A stretch of 64,000 nt of DNA from Eledone cirrhosa (taxonomy: Eukaryota). A program made the translations under genes and the position numbers. Below the pieces are notes generated by a model, which did not search any database, was not told where the DNA came from, and saw only the letters and a program-made list of their open reading frames with translations. The stretch lies in the NCBI GenBank assembly GCA_964016885.1, contig OZ024742.1:294686001-294750000 (forward strand). The letters run 5' to 3'. Of this stretch, positions 1 through 13,486 are shown piece after piece (within the stretch, counting starts at the first letter, position 1; every line of letters begins with the position of its first letter).

Positions 1-1230
1 CCCCAAAATTTATGGAATTAAGGAGGATGGGCTGATATATATATTTTTCATTCAACCATTTTTTGTTTTCATTTCAAGCTGCCCGGTAACTTGAAACGAA
101 AACAAAAAATGGTTGAATAAAAAAATATTGTGAGTTATTTAGTATGGTACTATATCAGTCCAGTCTTCTGCAGTATTTGGCAGAGCTAATAATAATTTAT
201 TAGATTACTGATCACATGATAAATATACCCAGTACACTCTGTAAAGTGTTGGTGCTAGTGCCATGATAAAATGCATTCAATACACTTCAGGAATTTGCAT
301 TACAACCACCTAGTTTCAAGTTCAATCCACCTGCATGTCAGTTTAGGCAGGAGTCTTCTTCTATATTCTTATGATGACCAATGCCTTATAAATAGAATTT
401 GGTAGGCAAAAACTATTGAAAAGCCACATATATGTGTGAGTGTATATATATATACAACTAGCTTCCCAACAGATTTTTGCCTCCAAGATTTTACTTATAA
501 GACATTGGTCATCATAAGAAAAAGACAACTGCTGTGTATATGTTTACTTTTTTATGTCCCATAACTTAACAGTCTGACAAAATGAGATGGATAAAATAAG
601 TACCAAACTTTAAAAAAATAAGTATTGAGGTTGATATGATTGACTAAATCACTTCAACATAATGTTTATATACTCAACACTGAAAATCCAACAAAGGAGC
701 CTCTATATAGTCTCTTAAACCAAAGGTTCTCAACGGGGCGCATATGCACCGGGGGGGGGGGGGCGTTTCGGAACTCCAGGGGGCGTTTGGGAGCAAGGTC
801 GTGTTAGGGGAGGCATTTGGAGCTTGAAGGGTGGGGGTGGGGGTGGGGCTAGGGTGGGGGGTCATTGGAAGGCACTTTACTTTGGTAAGTTTTATAAGCC
901 ATATTTGTATGTCTTTGAGACAGCCAGTGTGAATGCATTTGAATGAGCTTGCAGACAGCATAACTATAGTCTGACCACAGCTGTGAGCATGTGTGCAGGC
1001 GTGTCCGGTAAAAATGGAAAAACCCACAGTCAACTGTGTCAAGGACACTTTGAGCGCAGCAAGTTAGAATCTTATCTTTCCTTCACCGATAACAATGTAT
1101 TTCATGTCTGAAATTATTGATTCAACAGTAACGAGTTAACACTATGTAGATCTATTTTATTCCCTACTGTATAAATAATATTACAAATAAAAAAAAGAAA
1201 AGAAAAAAATAGAAAAAAACATAATCAGAT

Positions 1231-1380
1231 AATACACACATCTAGGGCCACATACAACACACAAGCAGGTAATACATACAGCTGGGACCACATGCAATAC
1301 ATAAGCAGGTAATACATACATCAGGACTACATACAACACACAGGCAGGTAATACATACATCTGGGACTACATACAACACA
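1231..1380. repeat. ~40-bp degenerate tandem repeat, ~3.8 copies
   Basis: Unit AATACATACATCTGGGACYACATACAACACACAAGCAGGT repeated at the deletion junction of the hAT element. Confidence 0.8.
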
Positions 1381-2425
1381 CATTGTATCATGTGCTACGG
1401 ACGACGCAAGGCCAACATAAGGGCTTTGTCACTCTTCCGAAGAGAGAAAATCTATCTGTATTTGCTGTTCATTTTGTCATTCATCGACAATACTTGGCTG
1501 CGAAGAAACTCAGCAAGCCGCTGAACAAGTCCTTGTAGGTGGCCATTGATGTCATAAATTTTATCAAACGGCATTCCCTCAATGAACGAATTTTCCAGCA
1601 ACTGTGCCAAGATAATGACAAAGAATTCGTCAAGTTGCTCCTTCATACTGAAGTGAGGTGGCTTTCAAAGGGCAAGTGCTTTACTCACTTCTTTGAACTC
1701 TTCGACTCTATCATTGAGTTTCTGTGAGGATGCAACACAGAACTGTATAAAAAACCCTCGATGTGAAGCAAGACTGCGCCTACCTCACCGACATCTTCGA
1801 CAAATGCAATAGCGTCATTTTGGCTTTACAGGGGAAGAAGATCACCTTGCTTAAAGCAAGGAATGCTGTGAAAACATTCCTGGCCAAATTGAATGTCATC
1901 GAAAGGAATCTTTGTTGACGGGAATTCTATAATTTTCCTAATGTTCAAAACATTGTAAGCGATGACCAACTCCAAATTTATATCACTCACCTCTGTGCGC
2001 TACAAGACAACATGAGAGAACGGTTTGTCGACCTTTTGCTGATGGACATCCCAATGTGGATAGCAGATCCCTTCATAGCTAACGTTGACAATTTGGACAT
2101 TAAATTTCAGGAAGAATTCATTGAACTTCAAGCAGATGACATGATCAAAATTAAATTTCCCAAAATAGGTGAACCCCTTTTTGGGATGCAAGAGGAAATT
2201 CAGCGTTGATTTCCACACCTACATGCAGAGGCTAAGAGATTTGCTCTGCCTTTTCCAAGCTCATACTTAGTCGAGAGGAGGTTTGGTGCTGTTTCCAGAC
2301 TGCACAGTAAGGCTCGCAACCGCTACAATGTAATTACACGTGGAGATCTCTGGCTACATCTTAGGAAAATTCAGCCTCACGTCAAAGAGTTAGCTCGACT
2401 CCATGAAGCTCAAGGGTCCCATTGA
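1381..2425 (+). pseudogene. hAT transposase C-terminal remnant (ZBED5/SCAND3/Buster-like)
   Basis: Motifs VIHRQYLAAK, LLLHTEVRWLSKGK, PFPSSYLVERRFGAV and terminal HEAQGSH*; several stops and frameshifts; N-terminus missing. Confidence 0.88.
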
Positions 2426-2898
2426 AATGAGTCAAAGTTAAAGTAAGTTGATTTATCCGAAAACTTGGATATGCTATTGTTACAAAGCAAACTAACAATT
2501 TTTTTATTTGTAGTTGCAGTCTGGCTGGACTGGAAACCATCTACTACAATTAAATTACTCATTTGTTGTATATATTTTACCATTTACTAATAAATATACC
2601 CTCCCGCATGGTCATGAAAACCCTCTTCCATGGTCCCTAAGCTCACAAAGCAGAGGGGACATCAAGTTAGATATCAACATTTATTTTGTCCATTTCATTA
2701 AAGGGAAAATTGGAAAGCTTTGAAATGATATAATTGCCACTTTCTTCCAGATAAGCGCACTCTTGGGATAGACAGAGTTGCTCTTGTATAAATGTTCAAA
2801 ATAGTTGGTATCACCTGGTGGGAATATAACAAATTCAACTGGTCCTTATTCATAAAAAAGAACATTTATGTTCCTTTTTTTTAAATTTATATATTTCT

Positions 2899-3168
2899 TT
2901 TCAAGGAAAGCTGCCTTCAATGGTATCTTTCCTTTCAAGGAAAGCTGCCTTCAATGGTATCTTTCCTTTCAAGGAAAGCTGCCTTCAATGGTATCTTTCC
3001 TTTCAAGGAAAGCTGCCTTCAATGGTATCTTTCCTTTCAAGGAAAGCTGCCTTCAATGGTATCTTTCCTTTCAAGGAAAGCTGCCTTCAATGGTATCTTT
3101 CCTTTCAAGGAAAGCTGCCTTCAATGGTATCTTTCCTTTCAAGGAAAGCTGCCTTCAATGGTATCTTT
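2899..3168. repeat. Perfect 34-bp minisatellite, 8 copies
   Basis: Unit TTTCAAGGAAAGCTGCCTTCAATGGTATCTTTCC; explains the repetitive ORFs at 2868, 2920 and 2954. Confidence 0.97.
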
Positions 3169-3821
3169 GGAATATTGTTAATCAATTTTTTAGTAATCTA
3201 CTGATATCAAAATCAGTAGTATATTGAAAAATGGAAAAATAGGGTAGGGGAGTGTTTCGTGATTTCGAGGGACAAAAGGGGGCGTTTGGCCTAAATGGGT
3301 TGAGAACCTGTGCCTTAAACTATTTTAAGTATCATATTTATTAGCAGATATTGATATTATCATGTTTATACAATGATATCATTAATATCACACCATGGTA
3401 GACATTTATACACTGCTATCAAAGATGCTATGAAATGATATCATTGATATTATTGGAGAGATTTCAAATGTATTTCCTACTATCATCATCATAATTTCAC
3501 GTCCGTTCTATGCTTGCATGGAATACTGTATGAATCACTCGACATATTCAGCCCAGGAGCTGAATTACAACAACAACTGATATGTTTATACATAGCATCA
3601 CTGGTATCATTTTTACATACAGGATAATGATATCATCTTTATAGTATGCCTCATTGGTATAATTGATATGTTTTTATATATGTATTTATGTTAGTTAGGT
3701 GTGCAACTGCAGTTACAGGCAGCATGCCATTTGAAGCACTCAATGCTGTTATGAGTTCCATCTTATATTGGGTTGTATTTGATTCTACTTACTGTCTCTC
3801 TCTCTATATATATATATATAT

Positions 3822-4325
3822 AAATACAAAGTAAAACCTACTACAGTCAGTAGGCATCTCTAACAAAATACACCCCCGTCCCACCACCCCCACCCCATCC
3901 ACACTGCCCCTTTCAATGTAAAGTTATGTTGGTGCCACAAAATCCAGGCCGAAACAAATGAGATCGTGTAGGTGTCACGACAAAAAAACACACAGTCCAC
4001 GCTGTAATGTGACCGTGTAGGCAACACGGTAAAAACGTCCCAATCCCACACTGTAAATGTGGTTGGTGTTAGGAAGGGCATCCAGCTGTAGAAAACCTGC
4101 CAGACAGTCCACGCTGTAATGTGGCCGTGTAGGCAACACGGTAAAAACCTCCCAGCCCCACACTGTAAATGTGGTTGGTGTTAGGAAGGGCATCCAACTG
4201 TAGAAAACCCGCCAGACAGTCCTATGCGAGCAAGACAACCACTCTTGCCTCAAGTGGGAAAACTCCCGTCCAAACCCATGCAAGCATGGAACACGGACGT
4301 TAAACGATGATGATGATGATGATGA
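3822..4325 (+). mobile_element. RTE LINE 3' UTR fragment with a duplicated module and (GAT)n tail
   Basis: Near-identical to the 3' UTR of the RTE at 63249-63629; ends GGACGTTAAACGATGATG. Confidence 0.85.
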
Positions 4326-4909
4326 TATATATATATATATCGTAAATGAGTGAAGAATAATGTGGTCGGCTGTACAATATGGTTTATTCAAAGTATTAAC
4401 AATTGTTTCATTAGTCCGGTGTGTCTAAAAATTGCTGTTCGTATATATATATATGAGCTCAATAGGAGTGGGTATAATTTACAAATTATTATTGATATTT
4501 GCAATTACATTTTGTTAAATCAAAACAGACGTAGAAATAAATAAAATGATTTGAATTATAATCTTCGGTTTTTAACTAAATTGCACACAAACAAATACAC
4601 ACACACAAACAGACACACACAATATCATTGATATCATTTTATACATGCTATCACTGATATCACTGATAATCCTGTATCACTGTTATTATGTTTACACACA
4701 GCACCATCTGTAATATTATCAATATATCTGCAAAGTATTACACTGTCAACAACATTAACTATAGAATGAAATCCAATCATAATCAAATTATTTAACATTG
4801 TGATGATCAAACAGAGACATTAGCATTTGAACCAGCCATATCTAGCCAGAATTCTCTCATCTTTTTCTGTTCAAACTAGCCATAACTGCCACTCATATTG
4901 ACATTAAGG

Positions 4910-5277
4910 TGTAGCGGTGCTACTTGCTTTTGGCGTATTGATAAGCTATTTGCACGTGATTTGGCTAAGTCAGGCCATTCGTAAGCCGTGCACGAATATA
5001 TATTTCAACTTCTGCCCAAACAAAGATTTCCCCCTACTTTGGTTAACACTATCTCAGTTGCTGCTGCCTTAATCGCTGAAAGGAAAAGACACTATTATGT
5101 AATGGTGAAATCTTCACTTTGGCCTGTCGGCCTCCTTAGGCCTGGCACAACGCCACTCTTACTTCTTAGTTCTTTATTTTGTTTGTTACTAATTGTTTGA
5201 CATGTCAGCCCAACTTAACTCAACTCTGTAATTTAGTTGTAAATAAAAACATGTAAAAATGTTATCGTGGACTTACA
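4910..5277 (+). mobile_element. Possible solo LTR inserted in a piggyBac-type MITE
   Basis: Starts TGTAGCG, ends TTACA, AATAAA near 5242; interrupts MITE sequence that resumes near 5388; no clear TSD. Confidence 0.3.
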
Positions 5278-5800
5278 TTGACCCCAGTACATTACTGGTG
5301 CTTTATTTATTGACCCCGTAAGGATGAAAGGTAAAACTAACCTCTGTGGGATTTGAACTCAGAATGTAAAGGGCTGTAACTCTATGCAAAATCTCATAGA
5401 TTCCATATTATGTGAGGTAATTATGTGAGAAAAAGTCTTTACAATGAAAATATAATAGTAGAGTTATGTAAACATGCTAAAGGGACATTTCAGCCTGGAT
5501 GAGAATGTAACAACCCATCTAGTGCTGGTGCCATGATAAAATGCACTCAATACACCTTGTATATTGTTGGTGTTGGTGCTATGAATATCACACCTAGTAC
5601 ATTCTGTAAAGTTGTGGTGATGGTGCTATGGAAAAATGCTCCCAGTAAATCCTGTAAGGCGGTTGGCATTTGAAAGGACATCCAGCCATAGAAACAATGA
5701 TAAATATGGAATGTATGAGCAAGACAGATTGATCTGGTCCCAGACCGAAACAGTCCCTCCAACCAATACTAACATGGAAAGTAGACACAAAATGATACAC

Positions 5801-5831
<31 letters not shown>

Positions 5832-6282
5832 TGAAACATATGAATGTTAAGCTTTAAACAACAAAGTCAAAGACAATAACTGATATCTTTAACATAATGA
5901 AATAATATTAAGATCTATAAATGCATCAATATAGAAATGAGAAAAATATTTATATAATCTTTCAATAAATTATAAAGTCGTTAACTAACTCGTTTAGTAC
6001 CAAATTACCTGAAACCAACCTGGTTTTATAATACAAAGCTGTTTGTTTTGAAGTGCTTATATTTATCTAAACACCTGCCATCATAATTTTGTGTGAGAAT
6101 CTTTGTTCCAAACACCAGTTGAATAATGAGAAAGTTAGTCATTTCCCTAGTTAAATTACTCTAAATTCTTGATTATTTTCAAAATTAATTGAAAATAATA
6201 GGCGATGTCTTTCATTAGAGAAATGTTAATGAAAGGTTTAAGTCATGTTCAAAAAGCCAGATTAATTATATTATTAAATCCC

Positions 6283-6466
6283 GGTGGATTGGCAGTATCG
6301 GTAGAGGGTCGGACACCATGCTTTGAAGCATAGAGTTACCTCCCTTTATGATCTGAGTTCAAATCCCGCCGAGGTTAACTTTGCCTTTCATCCTTACAGG
6401 GTCGATAAAATAAAGTACCAGTAATACACTGGGATAATTGCTGGTTTTGTGCCAAAAGTAGAAACA
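6283..6466 (+). mobile_element. tRNA-derived SINE with Meta domain (MetaSINE-like)
   Basis: A box TGGCAGTATCGG, B box GAGTTCAAATCC, Meta-like core GCCTTTCATCCTTACAGGGTCGATAAAATAAAGTACC; 13-bp TSD ATTATTAAATCCC. Confidence 0.85.
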
Positions 6467-6584
6467 ATTATTAAATCCCTAAAAGTTCTTGATTATTTTC
6501 AAAATTAATTGAAAATCATAGTTAGTGTAGTATGGTAAAGACATAGTTGTTAATAAACCAAAGTTTATTATTGACAAATAATGT

Positions 6585-6799
6585 TTTATAATTTAGGCAC
6601 AAGGCCAAGAATTTTGGGTGAGTGGAAAATTGATTAGATTGACTCCAATGCATTACTGGTACTGTATTTAATCAACCTCGTAAGGATGAAAAGCAAAGCT
6701 AACCTCAGCAGTATTTGAACACAAAACTTAAAGGACCATAAACTCTATGCTGTGAAGCATGTTGCCCGATGCTCTACTGATTCTGCCAATCCACCACCC
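6585..6799 (-). mobile_element. Older MetaSINE-like copy
   Basis: Reverse complement of the 6283 SINE, diverged. Confidence 0.7.
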
Positions 6800-8211
6800 T
6801 TATATTGACAAATAATAAGAACATCTGTTGTCTTATTTTGTTGTCTTTTTTTAAATAGCAACAATAAGGGGTCACAGTGATATTGTGTGGAATCACATAG
6901 CACAGGAGTATGTAGGATAAATACCTGTTTAAGATCCCCCACCGTATATGGTAGACACAAGGTTTGTAATAGAAACCAACACCCTAAGGCTATGAGGGGA
7001 TGAGTAAAGCTAGTTGTTATACCAGCAGTCAAGTAGTTTGGGGTTGGAGCCTCTATTAATATGAGGAAGGTGTGTGTTATAATAATAGTTCTTATAATTA
7101 TATTCCCATAACTACTAAGCTATTTTTCTTTCATGGTAACCATTGGACTGCTGTGGTCAGGAACACAGTTTCCATCTGTGGATAAAAGATATTTCAATCC
7201 CTTAGCCACTGTTAATGTCATTGGAAAAGGCATCAATATTTTAGCATTCTATTTTCCATTAACTTAAAATATAGATAAATAAATATAGCATTTATCAAAG
7301 CTGAGTGTGTGTGAATTTCTCGAACTAGTTGGCTTGATCCTCACCCCAAGCTACCTCCATTACCAAATATATATGCATATGAGTCTATATATTTGTTTAT
7401 TTATGTCCCATTCTCTATCATTTATATCATTTTTAGGTATCTCAATCCTGGACAGTGGAGGTCAGGTACATGGCTTCGAGTCCCTTAGGTGCTACTAAAG
7501 TCCTTTGAAAAGGCATTAAAATCTTAACATTTTATTTTCTATTGCCTAAAATGTCTAAATAAATAATTATAGATATGGGGTCAAATTTGTATGTATATAT
7601 ATATAACATAGCTATAGTGGTTGTTATTGTTGTTGTTGTTTGATGAAAGACATTCCTTTTGTGATTATTCTGTTTTATAAGGGTTAGGCCACTTTTAGTA
7701 TTATCTAATATGTCCTTGCCCATTTTTAAGACAGTAGGGTTTTATTTAAGGGGGATTAAGCTGATATTTCTAACAAGTAACAAGACAGTATAATTGAGCC
7801 CTCATTGACCTGGTAGTAGTAGAGATGTTTTAAGATAACTCCATGTTGAACTTTCTTCTCATGCTGACTCATCCCCATAATACCTATCAAAGATACATAA
7901 CTCAATGGGTTGAAAAATGTTTACTTAAATCTTTCATTTAAAAGATAAACAAATAAAAAAAAAGGAACCAATGAGTGCCTCACCCCCCTCTATAATAGCT
8001 TGACCTGCTAGGAATAGCAGCCAAATCTCCCTTAAATCACAACCTTACCCATGCTAGCGTGGAAGATAGACGTTAAACGATGATGATTGTCTTAGATAAG
8101 AACGTCATATTGGGTAATGTAGTCCTGGGCTCACTGTGTCTAGGAAAAAGGGTGGTCATGCCTGGAATTCCTTTCAACATAAGTCTGCTTGATCAAGGCT
8201 AATCTGCAGCT

Positions 8212-8304
8212 AAACAACAATAACAACAATCCCAACAAGAGCATCGTAATCAACAACAACAACAACAACAACAACAACGACGACAACAACAACAGCAGCA
8301 GCAG

Positions 8305-8386
<82 letters not shown>

Positions 8387-8480
8387 GCAGCAGCAGCAGC
8401 AGCAGCAGAGCAGCAACAACAACAACAACGACGACGACAACGACGACGGCGGCGGCGGCGGCAGCAGCAGCAGCAACAGC

Positions 8481-8515
<35 letters not shown>
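8212..8515. repeat. Compound (CAA)n/(CAG)n/(CGG)n microsatellite
   Basis: Direct inspection; explains the homopolymer-amino-acid ORFs. Confidence 0.95.
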
Positions 8516-8674
8516 ATAAAAAAGTGATGGATTTTCTGAAAATGTGACTAAACCAATGGAAACTGGGGTCTGTGAGTCCATGTTCTGGACAGTGAAAGGG
8601 AGACATGGTGATGAAGATAGGTGTAGTGTTCACATGAATAGTAACAGTCGGTGTGAGTTCAATTCCTATTTTAA

Positions 8675-8882
8675 CCCTTTAGCATTTACATTACTCTATA
8701 TTTACTATTATATTTTCACAGTAAACACTTTATTTCATATAATTATCTCACATAATATCGATTCTAGGAGATTTTCTTACTATTCCTTTTGAGAACAATA
8801 TGTTAACATAAGTATGAACAGCCACGGTTTGAACAGAAAGTGGTGAGAGAATTCTGACCAGATACGGCCAGTTTAAATGCTA
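8675..8882. mobile_element. piggyBac-type MITE (CCCTTTAGCATTTA family)
   Basis: TTAA followed by CCCTTTAGCATTTA; other end TAAATGCTA; homologous copies near 14383, 17013, 20369, 20700, 38749 and 40855. Confidence 0.75.
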
Positions 8883-9175
8883 CATTACACGGATTGGAAA
8901 TGTTACAATTTTTCCATTTTTCAACAGGGACCATGTTATCCCAAATTTATTCTGTTATGGAATTAAGTGTGATTAGAAACTGTGACTGCCATAGATTTTA
9001 CATGTACACTACACATGTCTGGAGCCCATCACTATTTTAAAATATGTATCACAGAAAACATTTTTGTTGAAATATTATTCTTTGGAAATTCACCTATACT
9101 ATACCACATATATTTCATGATAATATATATTTACTAGCAGGGAAAATGGATGTTAAATAATGATGATGATCATCA

Positions 9176-9205
<30 letters not shown>

Positions 9206-9209
<4 letters not shown>

Positions 9210-9300
9210 AGTTTAATATATGGCTTCTATTTGATGTTTACGCTCTACTAATGTATTGAGTACCTTACTGTGGTTACCCCTAACTGAACCCTGGACTCAT
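9206..9300 (-). mobile_element. (TA)n-embedded non-autonomous repeat (GGGGTAACCACAG family), partial
   Basis: Homologous to 15553-15733, 17811-17940, 24895-24975 and 45107-45212. Confidence 0.7.
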
Positions 9301-9946
9301 ATATATATATATGAGATTTTAATTTGTTAATAAAATTGTTTTTATATTATTTTGACTTGATACAGTAATATTATTATGTATATAACCAAGAGGCCTAATC
9401 TAGTTATTTACATTTGTGTGTGGAACTCTTATATGAATTTTAAAATATCGCAGAACCCAAAGGACAATCCCTACCGTAATAATTTTAATAAACCATCACA
9501 TGAAAAAAAAAAAAGTTGCTTTAGAGTAAGAATATACTTATATATTTTATTAAAAGACATCTTTTTCACAGAATCCCAGGATTTTTTATGGAACCCTGGA
9601 GTTTCTCAGAATCCACTTTGGGAAAAATTGAGCTAAGAATTCATTCAGTAAATACAGCAACTAGCTGTCAATTATCACAGAGATTTTTCTACATCTTCAT
9701 TAAAACCATGACAAGATAAGAAAAAAAAATAGTTAAAAAAAGCAATTCGACAGTAAGTGATTTTAGCTCATGAAGTCTACTACTATAAATATACTAGAGA
9801 ATTGTAGAAGTTTGTGCCAGCAATGAGGAACGAGAACTTACAAACAACAACAACAATAACAACAATAACTATAGCAGCAGTTACAGCTACAACTGTAATG
9901 ATAGTTAATAATCACAGCGAGAAATTAATTAAATTTTCAAACTTAC

Positions 9947-9981
9947 AGAACACGTTCAGCCAGAGAAACTTCAGACATCAT
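9947..9981 (-). CDS. Candidate first coding exon portion (MMSEVSLAERV-L), phase-2 donor
   Basis: Canonical GTAAGT donor (ACTTAC at 9941-9946), ATG in unique non-repetitive sequence, TATA box about 140 bp upstream. Confidence 0.4.
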
Positions 9982-10117
9982 TTGTAGCCCAGGTTTGCCT
10001 GATGGCTGCCACAGGTGAAACGTTAGGCTGGAGAGCAAGGAATGTGTCGGCTTAGCACGAAGAGGGAAACACAAGAAAGAGGTGGTATATATTCTATGTG
10101 GAAAGATAACGCCTTCG

Positions 10118-10125
10118 CTTTTATA
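10118..10125 (-). promoter_or_regulatory. Candidate TATA box TATAAAAG
   Basis: Consensus match upstream of a pyrimidine-rich leader and the candidate exon. Confidence 0.35.
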
Positions 10126-12149
10126 AGGTAGTAATACTGAACAGGTGTGAGGTCTGTTAGGTAGTTGCAGTAGCTTCTTCTGGCGTCAATCAAACAGCTT
10201 CTCTGTAAACTATATAAACAATAACTATCTGGGTACAGGTATGATGGGTGGTTAATATTTTCTCTTAGCAACTAAGTGGTTTTAGGTTCAGTCTCACTTC
10301 AAGATGGCACTGGGAGCAAGATGCTTCTATTATATATACTAGAGTATTGTAGAAGTTTGTGCCAGCAATGTGGAAAGATAAAGGTCAATCTATGTTTTGT
10401 GAGTGGAATTTAGTAGACTGAAACTGTATGGATGCCTGACATAGTATATGTTCCTGTACTTGGGTAGTAAGTTTGGTCTCGTCTGTTTTAATACCACCAC
10501 CTGGCCTTTTCATGCTTTTACTGGAGTCCACTCTGTTGTAAGAATTCAGAGAAAGTCTCTGCTTTGAGGATACTAAGATCTTTCTCTTTATCCCCCAATA
10601 GTCAAAGAGGCTTTGCGTAGAGATATGGGCCACACCCTTCTGCCTCTTAGTAAGAAAAACAGTGAGTGGGCAGAACTGACGTTATTTTCACTCATATACT
10701 TATCTAATACGTATTTCTGATATTAATATATTAACTGAAATTACTATAACGTTAATTTCTACTTAATTTAATTTTAAATAAATAAATTTCTATGAAAATT
10801 ATCCTAGACCATTATTTCCTAAATTTTCACTATTTGGGAAATCCGAGATTTCTGTTTTAAATATCTAAATAATAAAAAAAAATATTTTCCAGTGTGGAAC
10901 ACTGAAAATTTGAAAGTTTTTTTTCTGAAAATGTTGTTTAGTTTTATTTGTAGTAAATCTTTGAAAAAAGGAAGAACACATTGGATAATGATAACACCGG
11001 ACATGTTTCAATCTCATTAGACCTCCACATCGAAACATGCACTTCACTGTACTTCACTTTACTGCAATAGCCATATACATATAGGTGTAAAAAATTAGCA
11101 AATTTAAACAATTGAACACCTGCTGAAATAAATAAAATAAGTTGTTGTCACTTCCTTACTGCATGATTATTTCCAACTAGATTTTAAAAAAATAAGCTAA
11201 GAGTTAAAAGTCATTCTCAAGCCTAAATGCTTGCCAGATTAGAGCTGATCTTGGTTTCATTGGTGTTAAGGGACTGAAAGTACAATACTATCCCCAAGAC
11301 AGGATCCTAGTTCATTGTCAATTTAACCGTCACTGCTGCAGGTACCCAATTTGAATGGACTGGAGGATGGTGAAATGAAGTATCTTGCTGAAGGACACAA
11401 TACACTACATGGTCCAGGTATCAAAACTCATGACCTTATGATCAAGAGATCCATACCTTAACTATAAGGCTGTACGACTTCACACATAATCTTAGAATAG
11501 AGACCTTCATTGCCATACATATGTAATAACAAAATCAGTACTGAACAGTACTGAAGAGACTTTACATGATAGATATGGAATACACATGAAAGGTTGTGAA
11601 TATACATGCCAGGTTGTAAGGTTCTATATGATAGTGAGGAGGGTACATTATAATGAAGAAAGTACACATGATAGGTTGTAATGAGGGTACATGTGATAAG
11701 AATGAAGTGAAAAATAGAATGGAATAAAGATGTTTTGAGATTTCAGAGTCTGAATAACCTTTTGATTGATTTTTCCTTATCTGAAGAACATTAAAGATCT
11801 TTGGTGAGAAGTGTACTGCTTTATCAGGGTGCTGGTGTTGGGGCTAAATAACAACAGAATCACCACAACTACAACAATAACAACAACAGCAAGATAATTA
11901 CCATCATCACTACAAACAACAACAACAACCACAATCTCCACCACCAGCAACAACACAGCCAGCTGTGGCAACAACAACAAAATTACCAACACCAACAACA
12001 ATTACGCCAATAATACCAAAAATATGATGACCACCACTACTACAACTGCCAAAACCACCACCATCACCACCACCATCACTTTGATGGTACAACTGTAGTG
12101 AGTTCTCAGCTATATTACACTAATATGTTATTGCTGTTGTTATTGTTGT

Positions 12150-13100
12150 CTTTTTTTATCTTCTCCCACTTATCTCTGTGATGGCTGTGGGAGCAGAGTC
12201 CTCAGATATGCCTGCTAGATGAACCTATCAGAAGTGATCCCTCCAGATGATCTGGTTGGATCCTCAAGTGAGACCAACCAAGCTTATGGTTTACCTCTGA
12301 GTCTCATGCTGGTTGGATTTGCCCATAAAATCTGTCCAGCAATCCTTTCCTTAGGCATTCTGACCACATATCTGTAGTACCAGAGCTGTGATCTCTTGAT
12401 ACAGAGAAGTAGCATCTCTAACTAGAGAGACTCCTTGATCTCTGAGCTATGTAGCGTATAGAATAATATTACTCCAAAGACCTTTTGGAGGAACCCCATT
12501 TTTGTATTTGCAATTATATTCTTTTGGTCATTACCCAAGATTCATGATCATAACACCAAATCAAGATAGCAAGTTTGGCATTTACACCCATGTCTCTTCT
12601 GATGACCAAGTGCTGAAGCTGGTGCATTATTGTATTCAAATCCCACCGAGGTTAACTTTGCCTTTCATCCTTACAGGGTCAATAAAATGCACTGGGATAA
12701 TTGCTTGCCTTGTGCCAAAAGTAGAAACAATTATTGTATTGGCTCCAGCAATTCTTGCATTTAATTCAGCTTCCTGCCTTCCATCACTCATGAAAATGGC
12801 CCTGAGGTACTTGAACTTCTCCACTTGCTTTAAATAATTGTTTCTACTTTAGGCACAAGGCCAGCAATTACCCAGTTCATTATTGGTACTTTATTTTATC
12901 GACCCCGTAAGGATGAAAGGCAAAGTCAACCTCGGCGGGATTTGAACTCAGATCGTAAAGGGACGTAACTATGCTGGAAAGCATGGCGTCCGACCCTCTA
13001 CCGATACTGCCAATCCACCGCCCTTGCTTTAAATAATACTACCTAGATATAATTTGGGTGTCCTCAACAAAGTTCCATGGCTCTGGTACTCTAAAGTGTG
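12150..13100 (-). mobile_element. Old RTE-clade LINE 3' fragment interrupted by two SINEs
   Basis: Remnant EKFKYLRAIFMSDGRQEAELNARIAGA, typical of the RTE post-RT region; heavily decayed. Confidence 0.65.
12839..13022 (-). mobile_element. Full-length MetaSINE-like copy
   Basis: A and B boxes plus Meta core; 15-bp TSD CTTGCTTTAAATAAT (12824-12838 / 13023-13037). Confidence 0.9.
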
Positions 13101-13405
13101 GCACTAGAAAAAAACTGCTCAGGTGGGAGTCTGGATACTCACAAGCAAAATAGTTGTGAATATAAAGTCTCATTAATGCTAAATTTAGAATTCTGGAGTA
13201 AAATAATTGACTTGAGATATTTTTACCTCTTAAATGTTTTTCTTCCTTGTGTTAAATATAAACCAAACTTTGCTGACTTAATTTCTATAGTTCAAACAAT
13301 TTCTAAATTGGAGGTAAGCCAGCAAATTGTAATGTGTTATATATAACTTCTTGTATACATAAAAACCAGCCTAGGGTTTTAGTCACATTGTTTATTTTAA
13401 ATATA

Positions 13406-13484
13406 CAGGGTGTCTCCCAAAAATGTATACATACTTCAACAGCATTCTAATAAATATGTGTATACATTTTGGGGGGAAACCTTG
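13406..13484. mobile_element. Tc1/mariner-type mini-MITE
   Basis: TA-CAGGGTGTCTCCCAAAAATGTATAC ... GTATACATTTTGGGGGGAAACCTTG-TA; second copy at 45260-45356. Confidence 0.75.
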
Positions 13485-13486
13485 TA

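Larger units (their letters stand above)
721..3312 (+). mobile_element. hAT (Charlie/Buster-type) DNA transposon, internally deleted and decayed
   Basis: 14-bp TIRs CAAAGGTTCTCAAC (721) and GTTGAGAACCTGTG (ends 3312), 13/14 match; 8-bp TSD TCTTAAAC/CCTTAAAC with central TA; GGGGGCGTTTGG subterminal motifs at both ends; transposase remnant inside. Confidence 0.9.

Noticed and set aside
2899-3168. CRISPR-like array (34-bp repeats with a hairpin)
   Set aside because: Units are contiguous with no spacers, there are no cas genes and the context is eukaryotic
6283-6370. tRNA genes at SINE heads
   Set aside because: A and B boxes only; no cloverleaf; continue into SINE body with TSDs
8189-8633. 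PolyQ/polyN/polyC ORFs
   Set aside because: Translations of a trinucleotide microsatellite with no convincing splice or start context
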